A DNA stretch of 64,000 nucleotides from an uncultured Verrucomicrobiae bacterium (GCA_963815455.1 CAWFGO010000001.1:320001-384000), one strand, 5' to 3'. Positions 1-11,014 are shown, counted from the stretch's first letter. Notes: generated from the letters alone by a model not told the origin. Made by a program: numbers and translations.

Positions 1-332
1 CTGTTCGTTTGCTTGGAAACGATAAGGGTGATGAGCGCGAACTCAGGCAGAGCGGAAGTGGCGGCAAAATCGCTGAGGGGACGCATCATCGCTTTCCAGC
101 CCACGTCGAGAGGATTGGCCCGTGGCAGGAAGTGGACGCCTTCGACCACGCAATCCGTCTTGAGCACAATCAAGTCGGCGCCAGAAGCACTCCGGACCAC
201 TGCGCAATCGTCGCCGGCGCCCGCCACCACCGATTTCGCCCGGGGAAGACGAGGGATCAGTTGAGCGAGCATCCGGTCTTCGCCCAGTTCGCGCAGGCGA
301 ATCCGGCGGGAGACGGATTGTTTCAATTTCAT
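1..332 (-). CDS. thiL: Thiamine-monophosphate kinase, 5' part (runs off window)
   Basis: Manual translation of minus strand from ATG 332: MKLKQSVSRRIRLRELGEDRMLAQLIPRL...GAGDDCAVV...LKTDCVVEGVHF; ATGA overlap with upstream CPBP stop. Not in the supplied ORF track. Confidence 0.9.
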   Translation of the reverse strand, partial: MKLKQSVSRRIRLRELGEDRMLAQLIPRLPRAKSVVAGAGDDCAVVRSASGADLIVLKTDCVVEGVHFLPRANPLDVGWKAMMRPLSDFAATSALPEFALITLIVSKQTN

Positions 333-1129
333 TGCGGACTGAGCTCCGGAAAAGCGAGCGCGGTCAGAGAGACCGCATTGAAAACTGAATGCATCGTCAT
401 GGAAACGAGAATAGAGCCGCTCCATTCGTAGGCGATGGCCAGACACGCGCCTAGGACGAGGAGTGGCGCGAACGACGGCAAATGGGTATGGACGGTAGCG
501 AAGAGAAGTGAAGTGAAGGCGATGCCGACAAACCGGCCGGAGTAGCGCCGAACAACACCATAAATAAAGAAACGAAACAGAAACTCCTCCACCACGGGCG
601 CAATCACCACGGCAAAAACAATGATCATGATTCGTTGATCCATCGTGTTCGAAGCGCCAAAAAGCTCGACGATGCTCTGTTTGCTTGAAGCGTCTCGGAG
701 AAAAACCTGCGTGAGGCTCTCGGCCAGCATGAGCAACGGATAAGCCGCCAGCAACAGGATTATGCCTGTGCTCACCGCGCGCAGAAAACTAATTCTGGAG
801 AACCCGGCTAACGAATCCAGGTCGAATCCACGAAAGGTGAGGAGGGCCACGATGAACAGGACAATCGCCACGTTGACCAGCAGGTTTTCCAAAAGCACCC
901 GGCTGTTTATTTCGACTGGCTGGCCGGAAAATGATGCCTTCACCCCCAGCAAAAGAATGAGGACCAAAAAAGTGGCAAAGCCCGCCTCAGGCAATCCGAA
1001 TCTTTTTTCCGATTCGATGTCGATCGGCGCAGCGCGCGCATTAATCTGTCGAACCAGAGCCAAGTAGATGTAAGCGGCCAGAACGAGGAGAATGCCTCCC
1101 AGCGCCACTAAGAGGCCATCGGGTAACAT
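329..1129 (-). CDS. CPBP family intramembrane glutamic endopeptidase (CAAX protease-like)
   Basis: APVVEEFLFR, FATVH and HSVFN motifs; multiple TM segments. Confidence 0.9.
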   Translation of the reverse strand: MLPDGLLVALGGILLVLAAYIYLALVRQINARAAPIDIESEKRFGLPEAGFATFLVLILLLGVKASFSGQPVEINSRVLLENLLVNVAIVLFIVALLTFRGFDLDSLAGFSRISFLRAVSTGIILLLAAYPLLMLAESLTQVFLRDASSKQSIVELFGASNTMDQRIMIIVFAVVIAPVVEEFLFRFFIYGVVRRYSGRFVGIAFTSLLFATVHTHLPSFAPLLVLGACLAIAYEWSGSILVSMTMHSVFNAVSLTALAFPELSPQ

Positions 1130-1141
1130 GCGTCCCGTTGC

Positions 1142-2146
1142 CTACGGAGCGTAATAGCCCGGCAGAAAATACGCGCGTCCCGATTCCAATTGCGGAACGA
1201 GTTGCCCTGGCAGCCGGAGTTCGATCTTCGAATCCGCCTGATTGAAGAGCTGAAAAAGATGACTGAGATTGAATGGCGGCGCGTATTTCACGACCTTGGC
1301 GTCCGGTGCGCCGCCCAGTTCTCTCGCCTTGGAAAACGCATCCTCAATCTGCCCGAGCCCATCGATCAATTTGTGCTCGTAAGCGTCCCGGCCCGAGAGA
1401 ATCCGGCCATCGGCAATCGTGCTCCGGAGCAGCTCGGCCGAAAGATGACGCTCCTTGGCCACGATGCCGAGAAATTTGTCGTACGTTTTCATAACGAAAC
1501 TTTGGACAAGCTCGCGCTCTTCCGGCGTGATCGGCCGGGCGCCGTTGAGCATGTCCTTGAACTTGCCGCTTTTGAAAACGACAGCGGAGAGTCCGACTTT
1601 GTTAAACAACTGCTCGTAATTCAGGGTCTGTATGATGACACCGATGCTGCCGGTAATCGTCGTGTCGTTCGCCATCAGGAATTTGCCGCCACAGGAAACA
1701 TAGTAACCGCCCGAGGCGGCCAGCGAACCCATGTAAATCACGACCGGCTTTTTTTCGCGCGCCTTCAGCACGGCGTGGTAAATCTGGTCTGAAGCTGTCA
1801 CTTCTCCTCCCGGCGAATCGATTTCCATCACGATCGCCTTGACCCGATCGTCCTCGCACGCCTGTTGCAGCGAGCCGCGCAAATCGTCCACCATCGTTTC
1901 ACGCGCGTTTCCCGGAACCGAGGAACTAATCAAACCGCGCAGAGTAATGAGCGCGATCTTGTCCGCGCCGCCATGGCCACGTTCCACCAGGATTTCCCGA
2001 AACCGCGGCATCGGTTCCACCTCCCTGGCCATTCCGCCGATTCGCTGAAACATGGCCATCACCAGCACGAAATTGATGAACGCGCTCGCGCAGAGCGCCA
2101 CGAACAGAAAAATGCTCAGACAACCCAATCTGCGATCTGCCGCCAT
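1142..2146 (-). CDS. sppA: Signal peptide peptidase SppA (S49)
   Basis: IDSPGG, AASGGYY, TGSIGV, KSGKFKD motifs; N-terminal TM. Confidence 0.93.
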   Translation of the reverse strand: MAADRRLGCLSIFLFVALCASAFINFVLVMAMFQRIGGMAREVEPMPRFREILVERGHGGADKIALITLRGLISSSVPGNARETMVDDLRGSLQQACEDDRVKAIVMEIDSPGGEVTASDQIYHAVLKAREKKPVVIYMGSLAASGGYYVSCGGKFLMANDTTITGSIGVIIQTLNYEQLFNKVGLSAVVFKSGKFKDMLNGARPITPEERELVQSFVMKTYDKFLGIVAKERHLSAELLRSTIADGRILSGRDAYEHKLIDGLGQIEDAFSKARELGGAPDAKVVKYAPPFNLSHLFQLFNQADSKIELRLPGQLVPQLESGRAYFLPGYYAP

Positions 2147-2410
2147 AACGGGAGGACAGTGGCGGAGAATGCTCCGGCCGACAAGCGCTTTTCATGGGGC
2201 GGAACTTTGCCCGTTTGTGCGCTTTCGAGCGCCATCGTCACGATCGAGAGTTGCTGTTTTCGTCGTGGCCCGCCTGGAATCTGTGGCCGTCCCCATCCCA
2301 TCATGCGACCGCGACACGACCAGGGAGCGAATAAAGTGGGGATTCCAACGGGGAAGATTTTCAGGGAATCGGGCTGGCGTGGAAGCTGCTCAACCAGTCC
2401 GTAACGATTT

Positions 2411-2629
2411 ATGAACAGCACGGGAAATCTTATGGTAAGCGAGACCTCCTCGCGTCGTGTCCGCAAGTCCAAGCCACGACGGAAACCGCGCGGGCGGGCG
2501 AAAAAAGCTGCCTCATCTGATCAGAATGGCGATCCAGAGCTCGCCGCGCCGGGCAGCCTTACCCGCACCAAAGCCCTCCTTCTTGCCGCTCTCCGGGTTT
2601 GGGAATTAAAGCACCGCATCGGCGACTAA
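2411..2629 (+). CDS. Small basic hypothetical protein
   Basis: 72-aa ORF in an otherwise empty intergenic space; no recognisable motif. Confidence 0.3.
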   Translation: MNSTGNLMVSETSSRRVRKSKPRRKPRGRAKKAASSDQNGDPELAAPGSLTRTKALLLAALRVWELKHRIGD

Positions 2630-2714
2630 AGCCGATCGTGTTTAGCTCGCGCATCGCCTTTCTTTTATTCCGGGCTGTTCGATTTCGCCCAGGGCAGACT
2701 GGGCCGAGTAATCT

Positions 2715-3392
2715 TTAAGGAGTCGGCTTGCGCCGACGATAGCCCATGACAATCCAACCAGTGGCGGCCGCGAAACCGAGCAGCGCAAACGTGCTCGGCT
2801 CCGGGATCAACGCGACCACGAAAGTGCCCGCCGGGATAATGTTGTTATCGTTGAATTGCGTATCGGCGACTTCCGAGATGCGCGGGCTGGTGGTGGTGGA
2901 GCGAATGGTCAAGCTCTGTCCGATTAACCCGCTGGCTCCGGCGTCAATTGCGAAGGTCAACGTGTTAATCATGTAGGTCCCCGGCGGGATTTCGCTGCCC
3001 GGGGTACTGTCGTTGGTTGCGCCTAAATCGCGCGTTTCGGTCATATAACCCGGCGTCGCACCGCTGGTGGTGTTAAAAAAAGCAGGATTGGGCACGGTCT
3101 GATTGGGGTCGGGGAATTGAGAGGAATATGTAACCCCCGTGATGCTCAGGAACGGCGCCCAGGCATTAGGCACTTCCAGCCAATAGGAGAGACCGAACGA
3201 ACTGTAACCGCTGTAGGTCAAAAAAACATTCAGCGTAACGCTGGTTCGCGGGATCCAAGTGTCCGAACTGGTAAACGCCAACGATTGGCTGTGCGCTCCT
3301 TGTGGCGACCCGATCGGATCCGAATTGGTTGCCTGGCCAAAGACGCTGGCTGCCAGGATGCAGCTCACTCCGAGTAATAGTGCTTTTTTCAT
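2715..3392 (-). CDS. PEP-CTERM sorting-domain surface protein
   Basis: Signal peptide MKKALLLGVSCILAASVFG; Ser/Thr/Pro-rich body; C-terminal IPEPSTFALLGFAAATGWIVMGYRRRK. Confidence 0.9.
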   Translation of the reverse strand: MKKALLLGVSCILAASVFGQATNSDPIGSPQGAHSQSLAFTSSDTWIPRTSVTLNVFLTYSGYSSFGLSYWLEVPNAWAPFLSITGVTYSSQFPDPNQTVPNPAFFNTTSGATPGYMTETRDLGATNDSTPGSEIPPGTYMINTLTFAIDAGASGLIGQSLTIRSTTTSPRISEVADTQFNDNNIIPAGTFVVALIPEPSTFALLGFAAATGWIVMGYRRRKPTP

Positions 3393-3622
3393 TGGCTTCC
3401 TTAATGTTTTCGTCACGGCAAATCTATCGCATAGGCATCCATTATCGAGCTGTTGGCAAATTCGAAGGCAGCAGCTTCGCATGGGATTGGATTGGTACCC
3501 ACGGCGAATATGATCGGCTGGGTTAGCGCGGTTTTACGTTGTAACCCTTTAACTTTTTTAACGTCCCCTCCCATTCCCACTGGATTTTCTGCGCCGCTCG
3601 GCGACATATTGCGATCGCATTT

Positions 3623-3696
3623 GCGCCCGTAGCTCAGCCGGATAGAGCATCGGATTTCTAATCCGAGGGTCGGGTGTTCGAGTCACCCCGGGCGCG
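3623..3696 (+). tRNA. tRNA-Arg(TCT)
   Basis: GCGCCCG acceptor stem pairing with CGGGCGC, TAGCTCAG D-arm, anticodon stem TCGGA/TCCGA with loop TTTCTAA, GTTCGAGT T-loop; no encoded CCA. Confidence 0.96.
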
Positions 3697-3764
3697 CTTT
3701 TTTGTCTAAGATCGACAATGAACCGCGCAATCAGCCGATGACGACCGAATAGGCAGTAGTCATC

Positions 3765-4130
3765 ATGTTTTTTCCTCTCCGGTTTCTCAGGATTGCTCTG
3801 CCCCTTCTTGCATTCGCCACGCTTGTCTTGGGCGCTGAGTCTTTGGACCAAACGATCGATTATCTGATCGATTACATTGCAAAATCCGACGCTAGGTTCA
3901 TTAGAAATGGAACCAGCTATACACCAGCGGAAGCGGTTGAGCACGTCAAAGCGAAGTATGCTCACTTTAAAAACAGGATCAAAACTCCGGAAGATTTTAT
4001 CCGGTTCTCGGCTTCGAAAAGTTTATTGAGCGGTAGACCATATCTCGTGCGAACACACGAAGGAAAAGAAATGCGCCTGGACGAATGGCTGACGGCTGCG
4101 CTCAAGGAACATCGCGCACACATTCAATGA
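3765..4130 (+). CDS. DUF5329-like exported protein
   Basis: Signal peptide; FIRNG...EAVEH..K...TPEDFI...ASKS.LSGRPY pattern. Confidence 0.8.
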   Translation: MFFPLRFLRIALPLLAFATLVLGAESLDQTIDYLIDYIAKSDARFIRNGTSYTPAEAVEHVKAKYAHFKNRIKTPEDFIRFSASKSLLSGRPYLVRTHEGKEMRLDEWLTAALKEHRAHIQ

Positions 4131-5380
4131 TAAGATCCAAAACAACCGTTTGCCTTTTCTCGGTCGGTCTCCTGCTGACCGGATGCGTTCTTAAGAGCGG
4201 CAAACGGGTAAGCGAGGAAATCACCCCGCTCTACTCGGCCCGGTCGCCAGAGTTTCGACAATCAGCAGGCTCGCTGCTTGGTCCGAACTTTGTCGCTGGC
4301 AACAACATCACTACACTCGTGAACGGCCGGGAGATTTTTCCCGCCATGCTCAATGCCATTCGTTCGGCCAAACATTCCATTACCTTCGAGACCTATGTCT
4401 TTTGGAATGGCGAGATCGCGCGCCAATTTACCGTTGCCCTGGCCGAACGAGCCCGGGCCGGCGTAAAAGTGCACGCAATTCTCGACGCCCACGGGACTCG
4501 CCCGATGGGATGGGATAACCTGGCAAAACTGCGCGAAGCCGGTGTCGAGGTAGTAAAATATCATACCATTTTTTGGATCGACATCCGCCGTTACAACAAT
4601 CGCAGTCATCGCAAATTACTGATCATCGACGGGAAAACCGCGTTCGTCGGCGGAGTTGGAATTGCCGATGAATGGTCCGGCAATGCCGATTCGCCGGAAC
4701 ACTGGCGCGACAACCATTACAAGGTGACGGGGCCGGTCGTGGCCCAGTTGCAGGGCGCTTTCATGAACAACTGGCTGAAAACCAAGGGCACTGTCCTGCA
4801 CGGGTCGGATTATTTTCCTCCGCTCAGCAGCACCGGGCCCTGCCTTGCCCAGGCCATTACCAGCTCGACCCGTAGCGCGAATCTCGACCTGATGTATCTC
4901 CTCGCCATCGCTTCCGCGCGGAAGAATTTGCGCATCGAAAACGCTTACTTCCTGCCGGACGAACTAACGCGCAAAGAACTAATCGCTGCCGCCAAACGCG
5001 GCGTGAAAGTTGAAATCGTTGTGCCGGGAAAGCATATCGACCAAAAACTCGTACGGGCCGCGTCGAAGCGGCACTGGCCCGCGCTGATCGAGGCCGGGAT
5101 CAAGATTTACGAGTACGAACCGACCATGGTGCACGTAAAATTAATGATCGTGGATGACGCGTTCGTTTCAGTCGGCTCGGGCAACTTCGATAATCGCTCC
5201 ACCCGGCTTAACGACGAAGCCAATCTCGATGTGCTGGATCGACAATTTGCCGCCCAGCAAACGCGCCTGTTCGACACAGACAAAGGCAAGTCTCGTCAGG
5301 CCTCGCTCGATTCGACGGGAAAACTAATTTTCCTGCACCCGCTCGAACAAGCCGCCGGCCTGGCCTCACCGCAACTGTAG
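4127..5380 (+). CDS. Cardiolipin synthase / phospholipase D family protein
   Basis: Two HKD motifs (HRKLLIID, HVKLMIVD); LLTGC lipobox-like N-terminus; ATGA overlap with upstream gene. Confidence 0.92.
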   Translation: MIRSKTTVCLFSVGLLLTGCVLKSGKRVSEEITPLYSARSPEFRQSAGSLLGPNFVAGNNITTLVNGREIFPAMLNAIRSAKHSITFETYVFWNGEIARQFTVALAERARAGVKVHAILDAHGTRPMGWDNLAKLREAGVEVVKYHTIFWIDIRRYNNRSHRKLLIIDGKTAFVGGVGIADEWSGNADSPEHWRDNHYKVTGPVVAQLQGAFMNNWLKTKGTVLHGSDYFPPLSSTGPCLAQAITSSTRSANLDLMYLLAIASARKNLRIENAYFLPDELTRKELIAAAKRGVKVEIVVPGKHIDQKLVRAASKRHWPALIEAGIKIYEYEPTMVHVKLMIVDDAFVSVGSGNFDNRSTRLNDEANLDVLDRQFAAQQTRLFDTDKGKSRQASLDSTGKLIFLHPLEQAAGLASPQL

Positions 5381-5426
5381 GGCGTCTGTGTCAGACGCCA
5401 CTGCCGTCTCACAGAGATGGCCTACA
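5376..5426. repeat. GTAG-tagged REP doublet between convergent cls and ada
   Basis: TGTAGGGCGTCTGTGTCAGACGCC...GCCGTCTCACAGAGATGGCCTACA; its ends provide both TAG stop codons. Confidence 0.8.
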
Positions 5427-6483
5427 AACCTTTCAGTTTCCGTTCGTGATCGAGCAGCCATTTCTTGCGCCACAGTCCGCCGCCGTAACCGCATAAAGTT
5501 CCATCGGCTCGAATAACGCGGTGGCAAGGGATGATGATGCACATCATGTTTTCACCATTGGCCCGACCGACCGCGCGGCGCATCTCCACGTCGCCGAGCT
5601 TTTCTGCCATCCAGGAATAGGAACGGGTTTCACCAACAGAAATGGTTCGCAATAGTTCCCAGGCTCGCAGTTGAAACGGCGATCCAACCGGCGCCAGCGA
5701 GACATCGAATTTCAAATTCTTCCCCGAAAAATAATCGGCCAGCTGCGAACGCACCGCATCGAGATGTCGATGTTCTCCAGGAACGACGTTCGTCCGCAGA
5801 CGGGTGCGCAGGATCGACAATTCACGGTCCATGGCGCGCCGATCGACAAACTCGAGCAGACGCAATCCTTCGTCGTCGGCGATGGCCAGCATGGCCCCGA
5901 GCGGTGTTTCAATTCGCTCGGCCAGCAATACCGATTTCGTTTTCGCCGCGGCCGGCGGCTCGCCGAAAATTCGGGCAAAAGCATCTCGAAAACCGCTGGC
6001 CGACTCAAACCCGCTCCCATTTTTCGCTTCGTCGACGCGTCCCCCACGCTGCACTTCACGCAGCGCCCGGCCCATCCGCCGGGCGCGATAATAGGCTTGG
6101 AACGTCATCCCGTAATGGCGCCTGAACTGCCGCCGGGCGGTGGAAGGATCGATCGACATCGCCTCCAGTTCCTTGTCCGTGAGCCGGCCGTCAGGCGCGC
6201 GCTCCACTTCGGCCCGCAACCGCTCGATCAATTTCGGCGCGTGTCCTTCCGGGTCCATTGGATGACAGCGCAAACAGGGGCGATAGCCGCCATGCAGCGC
6301 TTCACTCGGGTTTGCAAAAAAATCGACATTCTCTCGCGCGGGTTTTTTCGCAGAACAGGTCGGCCGGCAAAAAATCCCGGTCGTTCGCACGCCGACATAA
6401 AAAATTCCTTCGAAGCTCTGATCGCGATTCAGTAAAGCGCGATACATCGTCTCCGGTGGTGGAAGAAGTTCCATTGTTTTCAT
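5422..6483 (-). CDS. ada: Bifunctional Ada transcriptional activator / methylated-DNA-protein-cysteine methyltransferase
   Basis: Ada Zn domain (CRPTC...RPCLRC), AraC-type HTH, PCHRV active site. Confidence 0.95.
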   Translation of the reverse strand: MKTMELLPPPETMYRALLNRDQSFEGIFYVGVRTTGIFCRPTCSAKKPARENVDFFANPSEALHGGYRPCLRCHPMDPEGHAPKLIERLRAEVERAPDGRLTDKELEAMSIDPSTARRQFRRHYGMTFQAYYRARRMGRALREVQRGGRVDEAKNGSGFESASGFRDAFARIFGEPPAAAKTKSVLLAERIETPLGAMLAIADDEGLRLLEFVDRRAMDRELSILRTRLRTNVVPGEHRHLDAVRSQLADYFSGKNLKFDVSLAPVGSPFQLRAWELLRTISVGETRSYSWMAEKLGDVEMRRAVGRANGENMMCIIIPCHRVIRADGTLCGYGGGLWRKKWLLDHERKLKGL

Positions 6484-6553
6484 GTCAACACGTTACGACG
6501 CTTTATTGTAGTCGCGCACCGACGAATTTCAGGCAATGAATTCTGTCTTCTTC

Positions 6554-6624
6554 TGTAGCGGCGGTCTCTGACCGTCGCCAATCTTTGAAGATGAAGTCAG
6601 CGACGGTCAGAGAACGCCGCTACA
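6554..6624. repeat. GTAG-tagged REP doublet (REPIN-like)
   Basis: TGTAGCGGCGGTCTCTGACCGTCGC ... GCGACGGTCAGAGAACGCCGCTACA; same arms at 62525-62595. Confidence 0.85.
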
Positions 6625-6628
6625 ACTT

Positions 6629-6678
6629 TGGAGGGCGTTTCTGTGAAACGCCATGGCGTCTGACCCAGACGCCCTACA
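6629..6678. repeat. GTAG-tagged REP doublet, inverted sister of 5376-5426
   Basis: 6654-6678 is the reverse complement of 5376-5400 with one mismatch. Confidence 0.8.
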
Positions 6679-6680
6679 GA

Positions 6681-7148
6681 TTACCACCGGTGATACGCGG
6701 GATGCCCTTCCGTAACCGCAACGAAAATCCCGCGGCAGGTCGCGCAAACTTTTCCCCCGGCGGTCAGTGTTCCTTCCACGGTGGCGCGGTCGTCTTTAGA
6801 ATCGACAACTTTCGCGGAAAGATAAACCGGACCACTCGTCGGCGTCGGCCGCAGAAGCTTAATCGCATATTCGGCGGTGACCGTGCACGGCGCGTGATCC
6901 TCCTTCGCCTGTTTCATCAAATGATAAGCCGCGGTCCAATTACAGTGGCAATCGAGCAGTGTGCCGATAATCCCGCCGCACAAGACACCCGGGAAAGCTT
7001 CGTATTTTTTCTCGGGAATAAATTCGGCAACAACTTCATCGCCCTTGGGAAAACTGCGAATGCGCAGACCGTCGGGATTCGCCGGGCCGCATCCAAAGCA
7101 GGCGTTGCCCGGCGCGTATTTTTCCTGAAGCGATTGCGATCAGTCCAT
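6681..7148 (-). CDS. PaaI/hotdog-fold thioesterase (in-frame TGA at codon 3, probably a read error)
   Basis: MD*SQSLQEKYAPGNACFGCGPANPDGL...FPGVLCGGIIGTLLD; one frame from 7148 to 6681. Confidence 0.8.
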
Positions 7149-7205
7149 TTGTCGGATCGGCCGTATCGGCGGTCATAGACGCCGCTACAGCGAGTCGATC
7201 TGCGA

Positions 7206-8352
<1,147 letters not shown>

Positions 8353-8395
8353 CTTGTTCTTCGATTCTAGCAACGATACGGGCCGCGACAAATAA

Positions 8396-9271
8396 TCAGT
8401 CGTGCGATCCCAGCCAATCTTCCGCCGCCGGATCGTATTCGAGCAGGTCGTAGAGTTCCTGCCGTGTTTGCATCCTGTCGATCCAGTCCTTCGGCGTGCC
8501 GGCCTTCTTCAGGCCGGCGAAAAATTCTCCGGTTGTTTTCATGGCAACCCGGAACGCGCTCTGCGGAAAGATCACCATCCGATAGCCCAAATCGGACAGT
8601 TCCTGGAATGAAAGCAGCGGACTCTTGCCGAACTCGGTCATATTGGCCAGCAGCGGCACCTTGATCTCGTTGGCGAAATCGCGGAACTCGGCCACGCTTG
8701 GCAATGCTTCTGGGAAGATCGCGTCCGCGCCCGCTTCGACATATTTTTGCGCGCGTTTTACCGCGCCCTTGAAATCTTCGGTCGCACGCGAATCGGTCCG
8801 GGCGATGATCAGAAAATCCTTGTCGGCGCGTCCTGACACGGCCGCTTTGATCCGGCCTACCATCTGGGCCGCTTCGACGACGGTCTTGCCGGCCAAATGC
8901 CCGCATCGTTTTGGAAATTCCTGGTCCTCGATATGGCAGCCAGCCAGGCCGGCTCTCTCCAGTTCCCGGATCGTCTGCGCAACATTGTCTTCACCAAACC
9001 CTGTATCAGCATCGACAATCGCCGGAATCGTCACCGCTTTCGCGACATACCCGGCAAGCCTGACGACCTCCGGCATTGTCAGCAAGCCGATGTCCGGAAC
9101 ACCGGCTGTGGAGTTCGCCATTCCCGCGCCACTAATATAGACAGCCTCAAATCCGGCCCGCTCAACCTGCCGGGCCATCGACGCATTCGGCACCCCCGGC
9201 ATCAGGACGGCGCCCTGCGCGATCAACTCACGCAATCTCGTGCTCTTGCTCATGCTCATGCTCATGCTCAT
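8396..9271 (-). CDS. prpB: Methylisocitrate lyase
   Basis: DADTGFG, IEDQ..PKRCGH, ARTD, LANMTEFGK motifs. Confidence 0.92.
   Translation of the reverse strand: MSMSMSMSKSTRLRELIAQGAVLMPGVPNASMARQVERAGFEAVYISGAGMANSTAGVPDIGLLTMPEVVRLAGYVAKAVTIPAIVDADTGFGEDNVAQTIRELERAGLAGCHIEDQEFPKRCGHLAGKTVVEAAQMVGRIKAAVSGRADKDFLIIARTDSRATEDFKGAVKRAQKYVEAGADAIFPEALPSVAEFRDFANEIKVPLLANMTEFGKSPLLSFQELSDLGYRMVIFPQSAFRVAMKTTGEFFAGLKKAGTPKDWIDRMQTRQELYDLLEYDPAAEDWLGSHD
9242..9271. repeat. Hexamer tandem repeat (GCTCAT)4 plus a degenerate unit at the prpB start
   Basis: Gives MSMSMSMSKS, four in-frame ATGs at 9271, 9265, 9259, 9253. Confidence 0.85.
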
Positions 9272-9299
9272 GCGTCGCCAAATAACGAACGATGCGTTC

Positions 9300-9382
9300 G
9301 TCATTCCGAGCGAAGCCGAGGAATTCCGTGGCGAAAGCTTTAGCGCAATTCAACGGGATCCTTCGACTTCGCTCAGGATGAC
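9300..9382. repeat. GTCAT...ATGAC long palindromic element (CGTC-tagged REP/MITE-like)
   Basis: GTCATTCCGAGCGAAGCCGAGGAAT ... GATCCTTCGACTTCGCTCAGGATGAC. Confidence 0.85.
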
Positions 9383-9402
9383 AATGCCTACTTCGTGCTT
9401 CG

Positions 9403-10803
9403 TCATTCGTCATTCGTCATTCTCGCGGCCTGCATCAATTCATCGACATTTCTTGCCCCATCCAGCTTCCAGCCAAGATCGACAATCTTCTTCGCTCTTC
9501 CTTCGCCAAGGAATGGCACGACTAAGGCATTGAACTTTCCTTCCAATTGCTCGTCGCTCACCGGATTCAGGGCATTGCCAAGCGGATAATCGACGCGCTT
9601 GGTCAGGGTGCGTCCGTCTTTCAAGGTAACGTGCACGATGTTCGCGACCGCTTTGGCGTAGAGCGAGCTCAACTCGTCGTTCCGCTGCACCGTGACATTC
9701 TCCAAGAATTTCCAGATCTTCGGGTCCATGAAACGCGCCGGCTGGAATTGTTTATCGGTTACTTCGCCATCGATCAGGGCGATGCTGGTGATATATGGCA
9801 GGCTGTGATCCGCCGTCTCGCGCGTTTCCGGTTTCCATTTTTCCGGTTCGCTTCCGATAATATCGACTGAAGCATCGTGGCTCTCGATCCGGACCGATTG
9901 AATTTTTGCCGGATCGCCTATTTCCTTGCGCAAGAATAAGGCCGCCTCGATCGCGCTCTGGCTGTGATACTCGGCCGGCCAATATTTGATGCTCGTCTTC
10001 AGAATCATCGAGGCCGGCCCCTGGCCTTTCATCGCTTCCTGTTTCTTATCGAAGACTTCGGCCACATTGCCTAACGAGACACCGAGCTCCTTTTCAAAAC
10101 CCATTTGTCCCTCGAAAATCGGCGCCGGCCCGGTCATTCCTGCCCGTGCCAGCAACGCCGCATAGACTCCGTGACGCGCAGCGTGGGCGAAGGCGACTCC
10201 TTTCCAGTGCGAAAGTTCTCCCACCCGGGCCTGTCGAAACGCCGCGCAGTTGACCCCGGCGATGTTGACGGCATGCCGGGTTTTCTCCGGATCTAGCTTC
10301 ATTAATTTCGCGGAAGCAAGCGCGGTCGAGAAGGCTCCGTATGTTGGGTGATCCCAACCGCGCGCGCGAATACTGGCTGCGTCGCACAGACGGCATTGCA
10401 CTTCGTAGGCCAGCGCCGCCGCGGTGATCGCGTCGCGTCCATTCGCGCCGACGTTTTCCGCAACGGCGAAAACCGCGGCAAGGTTGTCGCTCGGATGCGC
10501 CGGCTCCTTCGAGAGGTAGGTGTCGTTGTAATCGAAGTAGCGGATGCAACAGCCCGTCGCGAACGCCGCCCAATCCGGCGGCGCTTTGTGACTCGTGCCG
10601 ATGATTGTCGATCCCGATTTGGCCGAAAATTCCGACGCCACTTTGCGGGCAATCGCGCACGGTTCTTCATTCCAGGCCCCGAGCGCGCAACCGAAGGAAT
10701 CGATCACCCGCCGTTTCACTTCGTGAACGACGTCCTTGGAAAGATCTTCGAATTGGAGCGAACAGGCGTAGTTGGCGAGTTGATGAGCTAATGATTTGGT
10801 CAT
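9403..10803 (-). CDS. prpD: 2-methylcitrate dehydratase (MmgE/PrpD)
   Basis: RYFDYNDTY...HPSDN, WKG, ETADHSLPY motifs. Confidence 0.93.
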   Translation of the reverse strand: MTKSLAHQLANYACSLQFEDLSKDVVHEVKRRVIDSFGCALGAWNEEPCAIARKVASEFSAKSGSTIIGTSHKAPPDWAAFATGCCIRYFDYNDTYLSKEPAHPSDNLAAVFAVAENVGANGRDAITAAALAYEVQCRLCDAASIRARGWDHPTYGAFSTALASAKLMKLDPEKTRHAVNIAGVNCAAFRQARVGELSHWKGVAFAHAARHGVYAALLARAGMTGPAPIFEGQMGFEKELGVSLGNVAEVFDKKQEAMKGQGPASMILKTSIKYWPAEYHSQSAIEAALFLRKEIGDPAKIQSVRIESHDASVDIIGSEPEKWKPETRETADHSLPYITSIALIDGEVTDKQFQPARFMDPKIWKFLENVTVQRNDELSSLYAKAVANIVHVTLKDGRTLTKRVDYPLGNALNPVSDEQLEGKFNALVVPFLGEGRAKKIVDLGWKLDGARNVDELMQAARMTNDE

Positions 10804-10863
10804 GAGAAAAGTGTGGCTGCAATGTGGCGATGAATGAAGCTTGAGCAAGCGGACAAGGCTCTT

Positions 10864-10955
10864 GTCGTTCTCAGCGGAGAGAAGCGGAGTCGAAGAATCC
10901 CGCGGCGCTAGCTTAAACTTTCACAACGGGATTCCTCGACTTTGCTCGGAATGAC
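10864..10955. repeat. GTCAT...ATGAC-family palindromic element
   Basis: GTCGTTCTCAGCGGAG..GAGTCGAAGAATCCC ... GGGATTCCTCGACTTTGCTCGGAATGAC. Confidence 0.8.
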
Positions 10956-11014
10956 AAGAATTGGAAAATTCATCCGTGCCCATCCGCGTAATCCGTGGTT
11001 AAAGTTCTTCCGAC

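Noticed and set aside
9..431. Plus-strand ORFs at the window start and many long overlapping ORFs elsewhere (for example 18313-19203, 46986-47933, 58936-59970)
   Set aside because: Antisense shadows of well-supported genes in GC-rich DNA; the real gene at the start is thiL on the minus strand.
3393..3570. Sigma-54 promoter or enhancer upstream of the PEP-CTERM gene
   Set aside because: No convincing GG-N10-GC element; the AT-rich quasi-palindrome near 3530-3545 is too imperfect.
3623..5380. tRNA-Arg as the attachment site of a genomic island
   Set aside because: No integrase and no duplicated tRNA 3' end was found by eye in the window.
7140..7148. In-frame TGA at codon 3 of the thioesterase as selenocysteine or readthrough
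   Set aside because: The position is in a non-conserved N-terminus, no SECIS-like hairpin was recognised, and the error rate of the sequence is high.
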